Shown piece by piece: positions 31,426 to 41,126 of a stretch of DNA of 64,000 nt. The notes beneath the pieces are model-generated. The model did no database searches. It was not told where the DNA came from and saw nothing but the letters and a program-made list of their open reading frames with translations. The translations under genes and the position numbers were made by a program. The DNA is taken from positions 1,152,001 to 1,216,000 of the forward strand of contig CALSNU010000001.1 in assembly GCA_943787795.1 (NCBI GenBank). The letters are read 5' to 3'. The first letter of the stretch is position 1. Each line of letters starts with the position of its first letter. This DNA comes from an uncultured bacterium. GTDB taxonomy: Bacteria; Planctomycetota; UBA1135; GCA-002686595.

Positions 31426-32226
31426 ATGCCGAGCCCCTCCGAGCCGAAGGATCGCCTGGTCGGCGTCCTTCACCTGCTGCCGACGCCGGGCGCGCCCGCC
31501 GCGCAAGGCGGTTCCATGGAGGGCCTTGTGGCGCTCGCTGTCCAGGACGCGGCGGCTTATGTGGCGGGCGGGATCTCGACCCTGGTGGTGGAGAACTATC
31601 ACGACGCGCCGTTCTTCAAGGACGACGCGGGCCCGGCGACCCACGCGGCGATGACGGTTGCAGCGGCCCGGGTGCTCGCCGTTCCGGGGGTCGAGTCGCT
31701 CGGCATCAACGTGCTGCGCAACGACGCCCACGGCGCGCTTGGAATCGCTGCTGCCGTGGGAGCGGACTTCATCCGGGTCAATGTCCACACCGGTTCGATG
31801 TACACCGACCAGGGCCTGATCGAGGGGCAAGCGGCGAGGACCATGCGTCAGCGGGCGGCGCTCTGTCCGGCGGTGCGAGTCTTCGCCGACGTTCACGTCA
31901 AGCATGCCTCGCCGGTGGTGGGGGAGGTCCTCGAGGACGCCGCTCGGGACGCGGTGTATCGGGGACGTGCGGACGGCTTGATCGTGTCGGGGGTGGCCAC
32001 CGGGGCAGCGCCGGACCCGCAACGCGTGGAGCGTGTCCGAGGCGCAGTGGGTGCAAGCGTCCCGATCCTCATCGGGTCGGGCTTCTCCCTTGAGAACGCC
32101 GCCGAGCTGCTCGCCCACGCCGACCGTGCGATCGTCGGGACCGCGGCCAAGGAGGGCGGCGACGTCCGCGCGCCGGTCTGCTCGGATCGAGTTCGCGCGC
32201 TCGTGGCCGCGGCGGCGCGCAGCTGA
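31426..32226 (+). CDS. BtpA/SgcQ family protein
   Basis: GVLHLLPTPGAP, VENYHDAPF, GINVLRND, TDQGLIEG, ADVHVKHA, IVSGVATG. Confidence 0.92.
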   Translation: MPSPSEPKDRLVGVLHLLPTPGAPAAQGGSMEGLVALAVQDAAAYVAGGISTLVVENYHDAPFFKDDAGPATHAAMTVAAARVLAVPGVESLGINVLRNDAHGALGIAAAVGADFIRVNVHTGSMYTDQGLIEGQAARTMRQRAALCPAVRVFADVHVKHASPVVGEVLEDAARDAVYRGRADGLIVSGVATGAAPDPQRVERVRGAVGASVPILIGSGFSLENAAELLAHADRAIVGTAAKEGGDVRAPVCSDRVRALVAAAARS

Positions 32227-32386
32227 CGCTCCTGGCCGCCCAGACCCGTCGCCTCCGACCCGGCGACGGATTCGCCTCGGATCCAGCGATGGGCAGGGCG
32301 CGGTCGACGCTCAAGCGGTCCGTCCCGCGGGGCTCCGCCGGTGCCTCCTCAGCCTCAGCGGGCACGGGGCGCGGCCGACGCGCTGG

Positions 32387-33292
32387 TCAGGCCCTCGTCG
32401 CTGTCGGGGCGCCGGGCTCGAAGGAGACCTCGCGGGCGTGCCCGCCCTCCAGCGGCGCTCTGAGCGCCTCGGCGACCGGCGCCATGCCCTCCCTGGGGCC
32501 GATGGCGACGATTCCAGAGCCTGCGCCGCTCAGGCACGCGGCGTAGGCGCCCGCCTCGAGGGCCGCGGCCACCGCCTTGTCCGCGCCTGGGATCAGCGCC
32601 CGTCGGAACCGTTCGTGCAGGCGGTCGTGGACGCCGAGGGTCAGCCGGCGCGCTTGGCCGGTCCGGAGGCCGTCCAGAAGCAGGGCCAGACGGCGCGGAT
32701 TCTCCACCGCGTCGGCGAAGGGCACCGATTCGGGGAGGACCGCCCTCGATTGCTCGGTGAAGAGGGGCGCTTCGGGCCAGGCGAGGGCGAAGCCCAGGGA
32801 GGGGTGGATCGGGTGCTGGAGAACCTCCAGCCCATCTTCGTGGGGGATCGAGAGCGTGCAACCGCCCAGCAGGGAGGCGGTTCCGTTGTCGGGGTGCCCC
32901 TCGAGCTCAAGGGCGAGGTGCACCAGCTCGGTTCGCGCTCGGGGGCCTGTGGGGTCGACCTCGGCGGCGATGAGCAGCCCCGCTGCGGTCGCGGCGCCGC
33001 TACTCCCGAAGCCGCGGCCCACCGGAATCTCGGAGGAGACGGAGACCTTCAGCGAGGGAAGGGTGACGTCAAAGTGCTCGGAGTAGCGTTGCATGGAGCG
33101 GACGATGAGATCCTCGTCGTCCGCCCAGGCCGCGGCGGGAGACCAGTCGACCTCCCTGGCGATTGGCGGTGCCCCCGCATCAACGCAGACGTCGATGTCC
33201 AGGAAGAGGCCGAGGCACAAACCGAGGGAGTCGAAGCCCGGGCCAAGGTTGGAGGTGGAGCACGGAACTCGCAGCGCGAAGCGGTCGCTCAT
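32387..33292 (-). CDS. thrB: Homoserine kinase
   Basis: STSNLGPGFDSLG, IPVGRGFGSSGAA, EGHPDN, DRLHERFR, LSGAGS. Confidence 0.95.
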   Translation of the reverse strand: MSDRFALRVPCSTSNLGPGFDSLGLCLGLFLDIDVCVDAGAPPIAREVDWSPAAAWADDEDLIVRSMQRYSEHFDVTLPSLKVSVSSEIPVGRGFGSSGAATAAGLLIAAEVDPTGPRARTELVHLALELEGHPDNGTASLLGGCTLSIPHEDGLEVLQHPIHPSLGFALAWPEAPLFTEQSRAVLPESVPFADAVENPRRLALLLDGLRTGQARRLTLGVHDRLHERFRRALIPGADKAVAAALEAGAYAACLSGAGSGIVAIGPREGMAPVAEALRAPLEGGHAREVSFEPGAPTATRA

Positions 33293-33479
33293 GGACCCCA
33301 GTCTATGTCGTCGTTGCGACGTTCTTGCTGTTGGCCTGCCGGATGACTAACGTGGGGAGGTCAACGCGCCGGCCGCACCTGGCGTGACGACACCTTCCCG
33401 GGTCTGTTCGGCTCAGATGCTGCGTCGCCCCGACCCTGGATATCCACGCTCCGCACCGTAGGAACCAGGAGGTTGCCCC

Positions 33480-33746
33480 ATGTCCGTCGACTTCACTTGT
33501 GATGAGAAGGACCGTTTCTCTTCTCGTCTGTCCACTATCCCCGGGATCCGACCGCTGCCCTCGGTCGGCGACTGGATCCTCCTGGAGGTCACCAAGCCCC
33601 AGGAGATCGCGCGCAAGGTCAACCGCCGCCTCGAGCCCGGGATCATGAGCGTCCCGCGCGGCATGGACGGGGCGGTTCGCGTCCACGTTGGCGACCCCAA
33701 GATCAACGAGCAGGTCCTCAGGACCCTCCGCGACCTGGTGGCCTGA
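33480..33746 (+). CDS. Small protein resembling the C-terminal small domain of HisC-type PLP aminotransferases
   Basis: AGGAGG RBS; pattern EKDRF..RL..IPG..PLPS.GDWILL...GAVRVHVG.P..NE.VL..L. Confidence 0.65.
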   Translation: MSVDFTCDEKDRFSSRLSTIPGIRPLPSVGDWILLEVTKPQEIARKVNRRLEPGIMSVPRGMDGAVRVHVGDPKINEQVLRTLRDLVA

Positions 33747-33768
33747 TCGGAGGCTCCTGCGGGGCCCG

Positions 33769-33878
33769 CCTGGCTGTCCTCACCTGGCTGTCCTCACCTG
33801 GCTGTCCTCACCTGGCAGTCCTGACCTGGCAGGGCCGACCCAGCGGGTCCCACCTGACGAGGTTGACCTGGCGTGGCC
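33769..33878. repeat. 14-bp tandem repeat, about 8 copies (CCTGGCTGTCCTCA), decaying rightwards
   Basis: Three exact copies at 33769, 33783 and 33797, then progressively diverged units in register. Confidence 0.85.
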
Positions 33879-34072
33879 TCTGCAGAGGCGGCCTGTCTTG
33901 CCTCCCTGGACCCATGGGCGCCCGGTTCGGACCACGAGCCGGGCGCCCGGTCCGTTCAAGGCCCTGGTGGGTCTCCGCTGACCCGCTGACCTGCCGCACC
34001 GCGCGCGCACCGCGCGCGACGAACTGCACTCCCCCGATGACGGCCCGCGTGGCCGGGGGCTATCCTCGGGCC

Positions 34073-35575
34073 ATGCTCAGACTCCTCTGCTCGCTGCTCC
34101 TCCTCGCGCCAGCCGCGCCCGCTCTCCAGGACACAGCTCTCCAGGGCACAGTTCTCAGGGATACAGCGCGCCAGGAAACCGCGCGCGAGGACGCTGACGG
34201 CTTCCCCGGCGACCTCACTGTCAGCGCAGAAGTCGGCGCCGATGAGCTGCGCGGTCATGTGCAGGCGCTCGCCTCCGATGCCATGCAAGGACGGGCCATG
34301 GGCAGCGAGGGGAGCCACGCCACGGCGCGCTATCTCGCCGCGCGCCTCGCCGCGGCGGGATTCGAGCCGGGCGCAGGCGAGGGCTCCTTCCTGCAGCGGA
34401 TCCCCCTGCAGCGCTTGAACTACAGCGGCGTCCCCGAGCTCCTGGTCAAAGGCAAGGGGCTCGAGGAGGTGCTCTACAACGGGGAGAGCTTCACCTTCTC
34501 CTCGCGGGGAGCCATCCCCGGCGAGCCGCGGACGTTCAAGGTTCAGGTGGTCCGCGAGGAGTCGGACGTCCCCTCCGAGGCGAACGCGGAGCTCGCCCTG
34601 GTCATGACCACGTCGGCCATGAAGTCGCGGCGCTGGCTCAGCGACGCCGGGCACGGGGGCGGAGAGGGCTTCGGCATGATTGTCCTCCCGCGCAAGGCCA
34701 AGGCGCGCGAGCGATCAAAGCCCAATGGCAGCTCGCTCGGCCCGGTCGCAGCGGGCGGCAGCGCCGCCGTGCAGCTGTCGCTCCGCGGGCCGTGGAGCGA
34801 GCGGTTCTCAAGCGGCGATGTGCAGGAGATCACCCTCGACGCCAAGGCCTCGGTCGAGGAGGGCGAGGACTTCAACGTGGTCGGGTTCCTGAAGGGGGCG
34901 GGCTCGGAGGGTTCCCCTGAGCTCGCGGATGAGATCGTCGTCCTGTCTGCCCACCGGGATCACATCGGCGTCAGCTCCCGGATTCAGCGCGGCGACGCCG
35001 AGGCGGACGCGATCATGAACGGGGCGGACGACGATGCGTCAGGCTGCGCCGCCGTGATGGAGGTGGCGGAGGCCCTCGCCGCTGGGGAGCGCCCCGTCCG
35101 GTCTGTGGTGGCGATCTTCGACACGGGCGAGGAGCGGGGGTTCGTGGGCTCGACGTACTGGGTGGCGAACCCGACGCACCCGATTGACCGGGTCGTGTGC
35201 GCCCTGAACTTCGAGATGTTGGGCCGTCCAGATCCGCTCGTTGGTGGGGCCGGCAACGTCTGGCTGACCGGGGACGATCGATCCGATCTCGGGCCGGGGT
35301 TGCGGGAGCGGGGCATCGCGGTCAAGGCGGACCTGCGCCCTGGCATGAGCTTCTTCACTCGCTCCGACAACGTCCCCTTTGCCAGGGCCGGGATCGTGGC
35401 CCAGACCCTCTCTACGTACGGGGAGCACACGGACTATCACCAGCCGTCCGACGAGTGGCAAACCCTCGACTACCAGCACATGGAGACCGCCGTCCGGGTC
35501 TGCCTCGAGGCGGCGAGAGCGCTCGTCAACGAGCCCTGGCGGCCGGCCTGGAATGAGGGCGAGCCGCGCCTCTGA
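34073..35575 (+). CDS. Exported M28 family metallopeptidase
   Basis: Signal peptide; LASDAMQGR, SAHRDH, NGADDDASG, GEERGFVGS, NFEMLGR, RSDN, DYHQPSD. Confidence 0.92.
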   Translation: MLRLLCSLLLLAPAAPALQDTALQGTVLRDTARQETAREDADGFPGDLTVSAEVGADELRGHVQALASDAMQGRAMGSEGSHATARYLAARLAAAGFEPGAGEGSFLQRIPLQRLNYSGVPELLVKGKGLEEVLYNGESFTFSSRGAIPGEPRTFKVQVVREESDVPSEANAELALVMTTSAMKSRRWLSDAGHGGGEGFGMIVLPRKAKARERSKPNGSSLGPVAAGGSAAVQLSLRGPWSERFSSGDVQEITLDAKASVEEGEDFNVVGFLKGAGSEGSPELADEIVVLSAHRDHIGVSSRIQRGDAEADAIMNGADDDASGCAAVMEVAEALAAGERPVRSVVAIFDTGEERGFVGSTYWVANPTHPIDRVVCALNFEMLGRPDPLVGGAGNVWLTGDDRSDLGPGLRERGIAVKADLRPGMSFFTRSDNVPFARAGIVAQTLSTYGEHTDYHQPSDEWQTLDYQHMETAVRVCLEAARALVNEPWRPAWNEGEPRL

Positions 35576-35660
35576 CGGCGCCCGTGTGACGTGAAACCTC
35601 AGCGAGGGCGCGAAAGTCGCGCTCTCGCTCGCTAACCTGCTCGCTCGCTGCGCAACGGCG

Positions 35661-35735
35661 CGAGCACAGAGTCCTCGAGCACAGAGACCTCGAGCACAGA
35701 GTCCTCGAGCGCAGAGACCTCGAGCACCAAGACCC
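35661..35735. repeat. 15-bp tandem repeat, 5 copies (CGAGCACAGAGWCCT)
   Basis: Lies directly upstream of the methyltransferase and resembles its first codons (CAAGCACCAAGAC). Confidence 0.85.
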
Positions 35736-35746
35736 AGGGGGACCAG

Positions 35747-36709
35747 ATGGCCTCAAGCACCAAGACAAAATCTGACAAGGCCAAGGGCTCCGGCAAGGGC
35801 AAGGGCCCCGGCAAGAGCAAGGGCGACGGCAAGGGATCCGGGGGCGAGGAGCGCCGGCGGACATCGCGCGCCAAGGATCAGCCGGGCAAGGACGGCAAGA
35901 AGCGGGATCGGCGGATGAACGCCAAGAACGCTGACCGGTTCGAGCTGTATCAGCGCGCGGTCAACTCCCCCGAGACCGACATCGACTTCCTCGAGAAGGC
36001 GTATGCGCACTACCGCGAAGGGACCCCCCTTCGCTTCCGGGAGGACTTCTGCGGCACGGCCTCCATGTGCTCGGAGTGGGTGCGCCGTGACCCGGCCCGC
36101 TCGGCGGAGGGCGTCGACCTCGACGCCGAGCCGGTGGAGTGGGGTAAGCGCAACAACTTCATCAAGGTGGAGGACGGGATCGAGCGCGTGGAGTTCCGGC
36201 TCGACGACGTGCGCTCGGCCTCTCCGCAGAAGCCGGACATCACCGCGGCGCAGAACTTCAGCTACTGGTGCTTCAAGACGCGCAAGGAGCTGGTCGACTA
36301 CTGCAAGTCCGTGCGTGAGAACCTCGCGGACGACGGCATCTTCGTCATGGACCTCTACGGCGGCCCCGAGGCCACCGTCGAGCAGGAGGAGCTCCGCTCC
36401 CTCGGCGGCGGGATCGAGTACGTCTGGGACCAGCGCGAGTATGTGCCGGGCACCGGGCAGTTCCTCACGGCCATCCACTTCCGATTCCGTGACGGCTCCG
36501 AGCTGACCAACGCCTTCGAGTACGACTGGCGCTTCTGGCACCTCGGTGAGATCCGCGACGTCCTCTACGACGCGGGCTTCTCGGACGTCACGACCTGGTT
36601 CGAGGGTACGGACCCTGACGACGAGGACGAGGGCGACGGCGTCTTCGAGATCGACGAGCGCGGTGAGAACTGCGAGGCCTGGCTGGGCTACCTCGTCTCG
36701 GCGAAGTGA
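35747..36709 (+). CDS. Class I SAM-dependent methyltransferase with a basic disordered N-terminus
   Basis: REDFCGTA motif I variant, GVDLD, DDV, NFSYW, L..DGIFVMD. Confidence 0.85.
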   Translation: MASSTKTKSDKAKGSGKGKGPGKSKGDGKGSGGEERRRTSRAKDQPGKDGKKRDRRMNAKNADRFELYQRAVNSPETDIDFLEKAYAHYREGTPLRFREDFCGTASMCSEWVRRDPARSAEGVDLDAEPVEWGKRNNFIKVEDGIERVEFRLDDVRSASPQKPDITAAQNFSYWCFKTRKELVDYCKSVRENLADDGIFVMDLYGGPEATVEQEELRSLGGGIEYVWDQREYVPGTGQFLTAIHFRFRDGSELTNAFEYDWRFWHLGEIRDVLYDAGFSDVTTWFEGTDPDDEDEGDGVFEIDERGENCEAWLGYLVSAK

Positions 36710-36754
36710 GGCTCTGCCGCGGCCGAGCCGCGAGCCCGACCGCGGATCCAAGCC

Positions 36755-36791
36755 AACGGCCCGGCGCCCCCTCAGGGAGCGCCGGGCCGTT
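36755..36791. terminator. Stem-loop between convergent genes
   Basis: AACGGCCCGGCGC ... GCGCCGGGCCGTT. Confidence 0.6.
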
Positions 36792-36860
36792 CAAATAGCG
36801 CGGGGCTTTGGGTGTCAGGCATTCGACGGGCAGGCCGCGGGACCCCGCCCGCCCTGAAGC

Positions 36861-37934
36861 TCAGTGCCGCAGGTCGGTCACGTTCTGCACCATGAAGTTC
36901 TCGTCCACGTCGAAGGCGATGGGGGTCGTGATGCCGTAGCCGCGCTTGAGCGCCGGCAGCGTCACCTTCTGGGAGGGCTCGGGGAGCAGCTCGCAGAGGT
37001 TGTTCTCGGCGGTGTCCTTGTTCTCGATGATCCGCAGGAGCACCAGGCTCTGGCCGCCCGCGGCGCCGCCGTCGCTGGCCCAGCGGCTCGGGTCGTTCTG
37101 GGCCTCCTCCCAGAGCTCCTCCAGGTGCTCCTTGCAGACCTCGCAGGTCTGGCGGTAGACGACCACGTGGCTGTTCGGGAGGACCGCGCCCATGCTCTGA
37201 TCGGCGAAGGCCGCGATGTCGGTGGCGTAGAAGTCCTGGCCGGTCCACTCCGTCGAGCGGAGCTCGTAGAACTCAGGCAGCTCACCGCTCGGCTCCGTGG
37301 CCTCCTCCTCAGCCGGCGCGGGCCTGGGCTCTTCGGTTCCGCCGGCGGACGGGCCCGGGTCGGCGCCTTCAGGTCCCGGATCGGCGGCCTGGCCGTCGCC
37401 CTCGCCCTGTGGGGCGGCAGCGGTGATCCCATTGGGGCGGATCAACGTGGGGAGCGTCGGCGGGTCGAGCTTCATCAGGGGGGCGACGATCGCTACGAGG
37501 AGGAAGGGGATGAATGCGGGTGCGCCAAGCCCGGCCTCCTTCGGCAGCCGCCATGGGGCGGAGAAGAGCAGCAGCCCCAGGAGGCTCCCGTCGATGAGCA
37601 TCATCTGCCACGGCGCGATGGTCACGTTGGAGCCGAAGCACCCGCACGAGGACTCGCCCCCAAGGGCGAGCGGGACGAGCACCGCGAGGAACACCGAGAA
37701 GATCCCGCTCAGGGCGATCCAGCCGAGGCGAGGGACGGTGAGCACGAGCCCGACCACCGCGAACTCCGCCGCGATCGCGAGCCGGAAGGTGTTGAACTTG
37801 TCGAAGGGCGAGTGCTCGACCACCGGCTGGGGGAGGTCGTTGGGGGACCCATCGAAGAACTTATAGAGCGCCCCGGCAAGGAGCCAGAGGAGGCCACAGG
37901 CGAGGGCGAAGCCGGGGAGGCGGGGACGGTCCAT
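36861..37934 (-). CDS. MauE/DoxX-like membrane protein with a C-terminal CxxC thioredoxin-like domain
   Basis: About 5 TM segments with SCGCFG; Pro-rich linker; YRQTCEVCKEHL and ITTP. Confidence 0.7.
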   Translation of the reverse strand: MDRPRLPGFALACGLLWLLAGALYKFFDGSPNDLPQPVVEHSPFDKFNTFRLAIAAEFAVVGLVLTVPRLGWIALSGIFSVFLAVLVPLALGGESSCGCFGSNVTIAPWQMMLIDGSLLGLLLFSAPWRLPKEAGLGAPAFIPFLLVAIVAPLMKLDPPTLPTLIRPNGITAAAPQGEGDGQAADPGPEGADPGPSAGGTEEPRPAPAEEEATEPSGELPEFYELRSTEWTGQDFYATDIAAFADQSMGAVLPNSHVVVYRQTCEVCKEHLEELWEEAQNDPSRWASDGGAAGGQSLVLLRIIENKDTAENNLCELLPEPSQKVTLPALKRGYGITTPIAFDVDENFMVQNVTDLRH

Positions 37935-38027
37935 GCTGAGTCAGGGGCGAAGTGGAGGGGGTGCCGCGCGTACGGCGAGGCGGTGGGCGCGTTGGCGTCG
38001 CCAGGGAATCCTACCGGGGCACAGGCT

Positions 38028-38600
38028 CTATTGCGGCAGGGAGGCCAGCGCAGCGGGGAGGGCCTCCCTGCGGCCCCAGACCGGGTCGAAGAGCCACATG
38101 AAGGGACAGCGGGCGAGGGCAGCCTCGGCGGCGGGGCCGGCGCCCTCCGCGAAGATCTCGAGCTCCTGGTCGCGCGCCTCGGGCCCGAGGACGAGGAAGG
38201 GCAGCCCGTCCCTCAGGCCCACGGGGACGGAGCGGGCGGAGGGGGGGAGCCCGGGTCCCTGGAGCAGGGCCTCCAGTCCCCAGCGCGTCGCGGCCGCCGC
38301 GATGGCGGCGGCCCGCTCTGGCGCGACGAAGCCGCCCACGAAGGCTCGCCGGCCCCAGTCGAGGTCATCGTGGCCCGGCGCGAAGGGCTCCCCAGGCTGG
38401 GAGGCCACGGGGAGGAGCCCGGCGTCCACGGCCTGGAGCAGTCCGTCGCGCAGGTCGTCGGTCTCCTCATCAAGGTCTCCCGCGCCCCAGCCAGGGAACC
38501 GGTCGATCGCCCCGGTCAGGAAGCGCCGGGTGAGCCGCAGGAGTTCCTCGAGGGTCGCCGCGCTTGACCAGTCCGCCGCGTCCCCAGGCGCGCCGCTCAA
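38028..38600 (-). CDS. Hypothetical protein (DUF6919-like)
   Basis: TTG start overlapping the upstream stop (TTGA); LDEET..L...L......G.L...SQPG...RAFV.GF and DPVWGR pattern. Confidence 0.55.
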   Translation of the reverse strand: MSGAPGDAADWSSAATLEELLRLTRRFLTGAIDRFPGWGAGDLDEETDDLRDGLLQAVDAGLLPVASQPGEPFAPGHDDLDWGRRAFVGGFVAPERAAAIAAAATRWGLEALLQGPGLPPSARSVPVGLRDGLPFLVLGPEARDQELEIFAEGAGPAAEAALARCPFMWLFDPVWGRREALPAALASLPQ

Positions 38601-39721
38601 TCGTCCTCGGGCGCCCCAACCCGGTCGAGGATATCCGCCCAGTCGATGTCGAGCGGGTCCGGCTCCACGCCCTCGGCGGCGTCGACCTGTGCCTGGATGT
38701 CGTCGACCCGCGTCGAGTGCATGGGGTGGGTGCTCATCCAGCCGAGCACCCCCGGGGTCTCGCCGTACTTCTCCTTGAGGATGAGGAAGAACTCGCCCAG
38801 CTCTTTGGCGTCGAGGCCCGCACGGATCATCGCGGTGGTCCCGAGTACGTCCGCCTCCGTCTCCTGGGAACGGTCCCACTCGCGTCCCTTGGCGAGGGCG
38901 AGTACATCGCCGGCCATGCCGACCAGGCCGCCCGTGCCGCCGAAGATGAGCTGCACGCCGGCGAAGAGCCCGAGCTGGTTCGCGACCCGACGGAGGCCGT
39001 GACGCTGGAGCACGTGGGCCATCTCGTGGCCGATCACACCGGCGACCATGTCGGGGCTCGTCGCCTCCTCGATCAGGCCCGTGTAGACCGTGATATAGCC
39101 GCCGGGGAGGGCGAAGGCGTTGACCTCCTCGCTGTCCACCACGCGCACGTTCCAGGTCACCTCGGCAGGGTTGACGTCGGTGTCCTGGAACTCGCCGCTG
39201 AGGCGCTCGACCATGAGCTCGATGGCCTGCTGCACCTCGGCGTCATCGACCACGTCGCTCACCTCCATCGACTCCTCGGTGACCCGCCCGAGCTCCTCAT
39301 CGACGGAGTAGGGGAGCTGGTCCACCGTGGCGTCCATCGTGCTCCGGAAGCACCCCGGCACCGCGGTCACGAGGACCCATACGAGGACCAGGAACCCCAG
39401 GCACCCCAGGATGCTCGACCCCTTGAGGCCGACCTGACCGCCGACGAGCTTGGCGAGCTCGCGGTCGAGGGTGTTGCCAGCGGCGCCCTCCAGCGAGCGC
39501 AGGAAGCCCGGGTCGTCGGAGCCCAGGACCCGGTCGCGGGTCACGACGAGGACGGCGCCGTCCGCCTCGTCCCGCCGCAGCTTGACGTGTCGCCACGGCT
39601 CCATCGCTCCGCCGTCGACCGAGATCCCCTCGAGGTCGAGGGTCAGCTTGATCGGGCGTCTCTGGCCACCGGCGACATGAAAGCCGTCGAGGACCATGTG
39701 GGTCTTGAACTCGTCCTGCAT
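38597..39721 (-). CDS. M48 family zinc metallopeptidase
   Basis: One TM; VNAFALPGG, GHEMAH, QETEAD, MSTHP. Confidence 0.93.
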   Translation of the reverse strand: MQDEFKTHMVLDGFHVAGGQRRPIKLTLDLEGISVDGGAMEPWRHVKLRRDEADGAVLVVTRDRVLGSDDPGFLRSLEGAAGNTLDRELAKLVGGQVGLKGSSILGCLGFLVLVWVLVTAVPGCFRSTMDATVDQLPYSVDEELGRVTEESMEVSDVVDDAEVQQAIELMVERLSGEFQDTDVNPAEVTWNVRVVDSEEVNAFALPGGYITVYTGLIEEATSPDMVAGVIGHEMAHVLQRHGLRRVANQLGLFAGVQLIFGGTGGLVGMAGDVLALAKGREWDRSQETEADVLGTTAMIRAGLDAKELGEFFLILKEKYGETPGVLGWMSTHPMHSTRVDDIQAQVDAAEGVEPDPLDIDWADILDRVGAPEDD

Positions 39722-39758
39722 GGGGGAATCGTGGTCTCGCTACAGGCACAATAGCGAC

Positions 39759-41126
39759 ATGCGCCTCGGAATCGTCCTCCTTGCCCTGCTCAGTGGGAGC
39801 TGCGGTGGCCCGCCGCAGAGTGGATCTGTGGATTCGCGTCCTGACCTTCTCCTGCTGGTCTCGGACGACCAGGGAGTGGTGCTGGGGTGCTATGGCGCTG
39901 AGGGGGTGCAGACCCCCCGGCTGGACGCCATGGCCCGAGATGGGCGCCGCTTCACGCGGGCCTACGCACCGAGCGCCGTCTGTACCCCGTCCCGCTCCTC
40001 GATCTACACGGGGCTCATGCCGGCCAGGCACGGCGCCAACGGCTTCGGGCCCATTGTCGACGGCGTCCCCGTGTGGGGGGAGCTGCTCGGTGATGCGGGC
40101 TACCGCACGGGGCTCATCGGCAAGGTCGGCGCGAAGCCACTGCGCCGCTTCCCGTTCGACTTCCTCTCCCGCTCCGGTCGCGCGGACGAGGGGGCCCGCA
40201 GCCTCCGGTGGCACGTGGAGCAGCTCGACGCCTTCCTCCAGGAGGATGACGGTCGTCCGTGGGCACTCGTGGTGAACTTCCGCGACAGCCACTGGCCCTT
40301 TCCCACCGACGGCGCGCCCTTCGGGGAGGGCTCCCCGCCGCCCCATGACCCTGCGGCGGTCGCCGTCCCAGGTGCGCTCGTGGATACCCCCGTGGTCCGG
40401 GCCGAGCTCGCACGCTTCCATGACGGCCTCCGGCGTATGGACGCCACGGTGGGGGCCGTGCTCGACCGCCTGGCCGAGGAGGAGAGGGACAATGTCGTCG
40501 GGTTCTTCACCAGCGACAACGGGCCGCCGTTCCCCCTCGCCAAGACGACCCTCTACGAGGCCGGGATTCACATGCCGCTCCTCGCGTTCGGGCCCGGGGT
40601 CGAAGCTGGTGACGACGATCACCTCGTGTCTCTCACCGACCTGCTGCCGACCTTTCTAGACCTCGCAGGGAGCCCTGGCGTGGCAGGAGCCTTCGACGGT
40701 CGGTCCCTGGTGCCGCTGCTCGAGGGCGGCGACCCGCAGGACTGGCGGACGAGTATCTTCGCGACTCACGATGCCCACCGGGTGGAGCCCGCCGTCCCCT
40801 CACGCTCGGTCCGCTTCGGTGACTGGAAGTACATCCGCACCTGGGGCGAGGGGCTGAGCTTCGAGAACGCTGTGATGCTCACGTCCGACACCTGGCACGA
40901 GATGGTGCGCGGTGCATCGGAGGGCGACGCGGGCCTCGCCCGCCGAGTCCAGCGCCTGCGGTTCCGACCGTCGGAGGAGCTCTATGACCTCGGCCGCGAC
41001 CCCGAGGAGCTTGTGAACCTCGCGGAGGACCCTGGGGCGCCTGTGGCGACTGAGGCCGCGGAGGCCCTCGCCGAGGGGCGTCGGCTGCTGGCCGGGACCG
41101 ACCTCGTCAGCGACCCCGGGCGCTGA
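39759..41126 (+). CDS. Formylglycine-dependent sulfatase (sulfamidase-like), probable lipoprotein
   Basis: SDDQG, TPRLD, CTPSRSSIYTG, SDNG, KTTLYEAG.H.P, ELYDL..DP.E..NLA. Confidence 0.93.
   Translation: MRLGIVLLALLSGSCGGPPQSGSVDSRPDLLLLVSDDQGVVLGCYGAEGVQTPRLDAMARDGRRFTRAYAPSAVCTPSRSSIYTGLMPARHGANGFGPIVDGVPVWGELLGDAGYRTGLIGKVGAKPLRRFPFDFLSRSGRADEGARSLRWHVEQLDAFLQEDDGRPWALVVNFRDSHWPFPTDGAPFGEGSPPPHDPAAVAVPGALVDTPVVRAELARFHDGLRRMDATVGAVLDRLAEEERDNVVGFFTSDNGPPFPLAKTTLYEAGIHMPLLAFGPGVEAGDDDHLVSLTDLLPTFLDLAGSPGVAGAFDGRSLVPLLEGGDPQDWRTSIFATHDAHRVEPAVPSRSVRFGDWKYIRTWGEGLSFENAVMLTSDTWHEMVRGASEGDAGLARRVQRLRFRPSEELYDLGRDPEELVNLAEDPGAPVATEAAEALAEGRRLLAGTDLVSDPGR

Noticed and set aside
31321..33292. tRNA-Thr as an integration site for a genomic island
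   Set aside because: No integrase, no duplicated tRNA 3' end and no compositional shift were seen; the neighbours are housekeeping genes.
33769..33878. Tandem arrays here and at 26821, 35661 and 55353 considered as CRISPR
   Set aside because: Units are 13-18 bp and directly adjacent with no unique spacers, and no cas genes are present.
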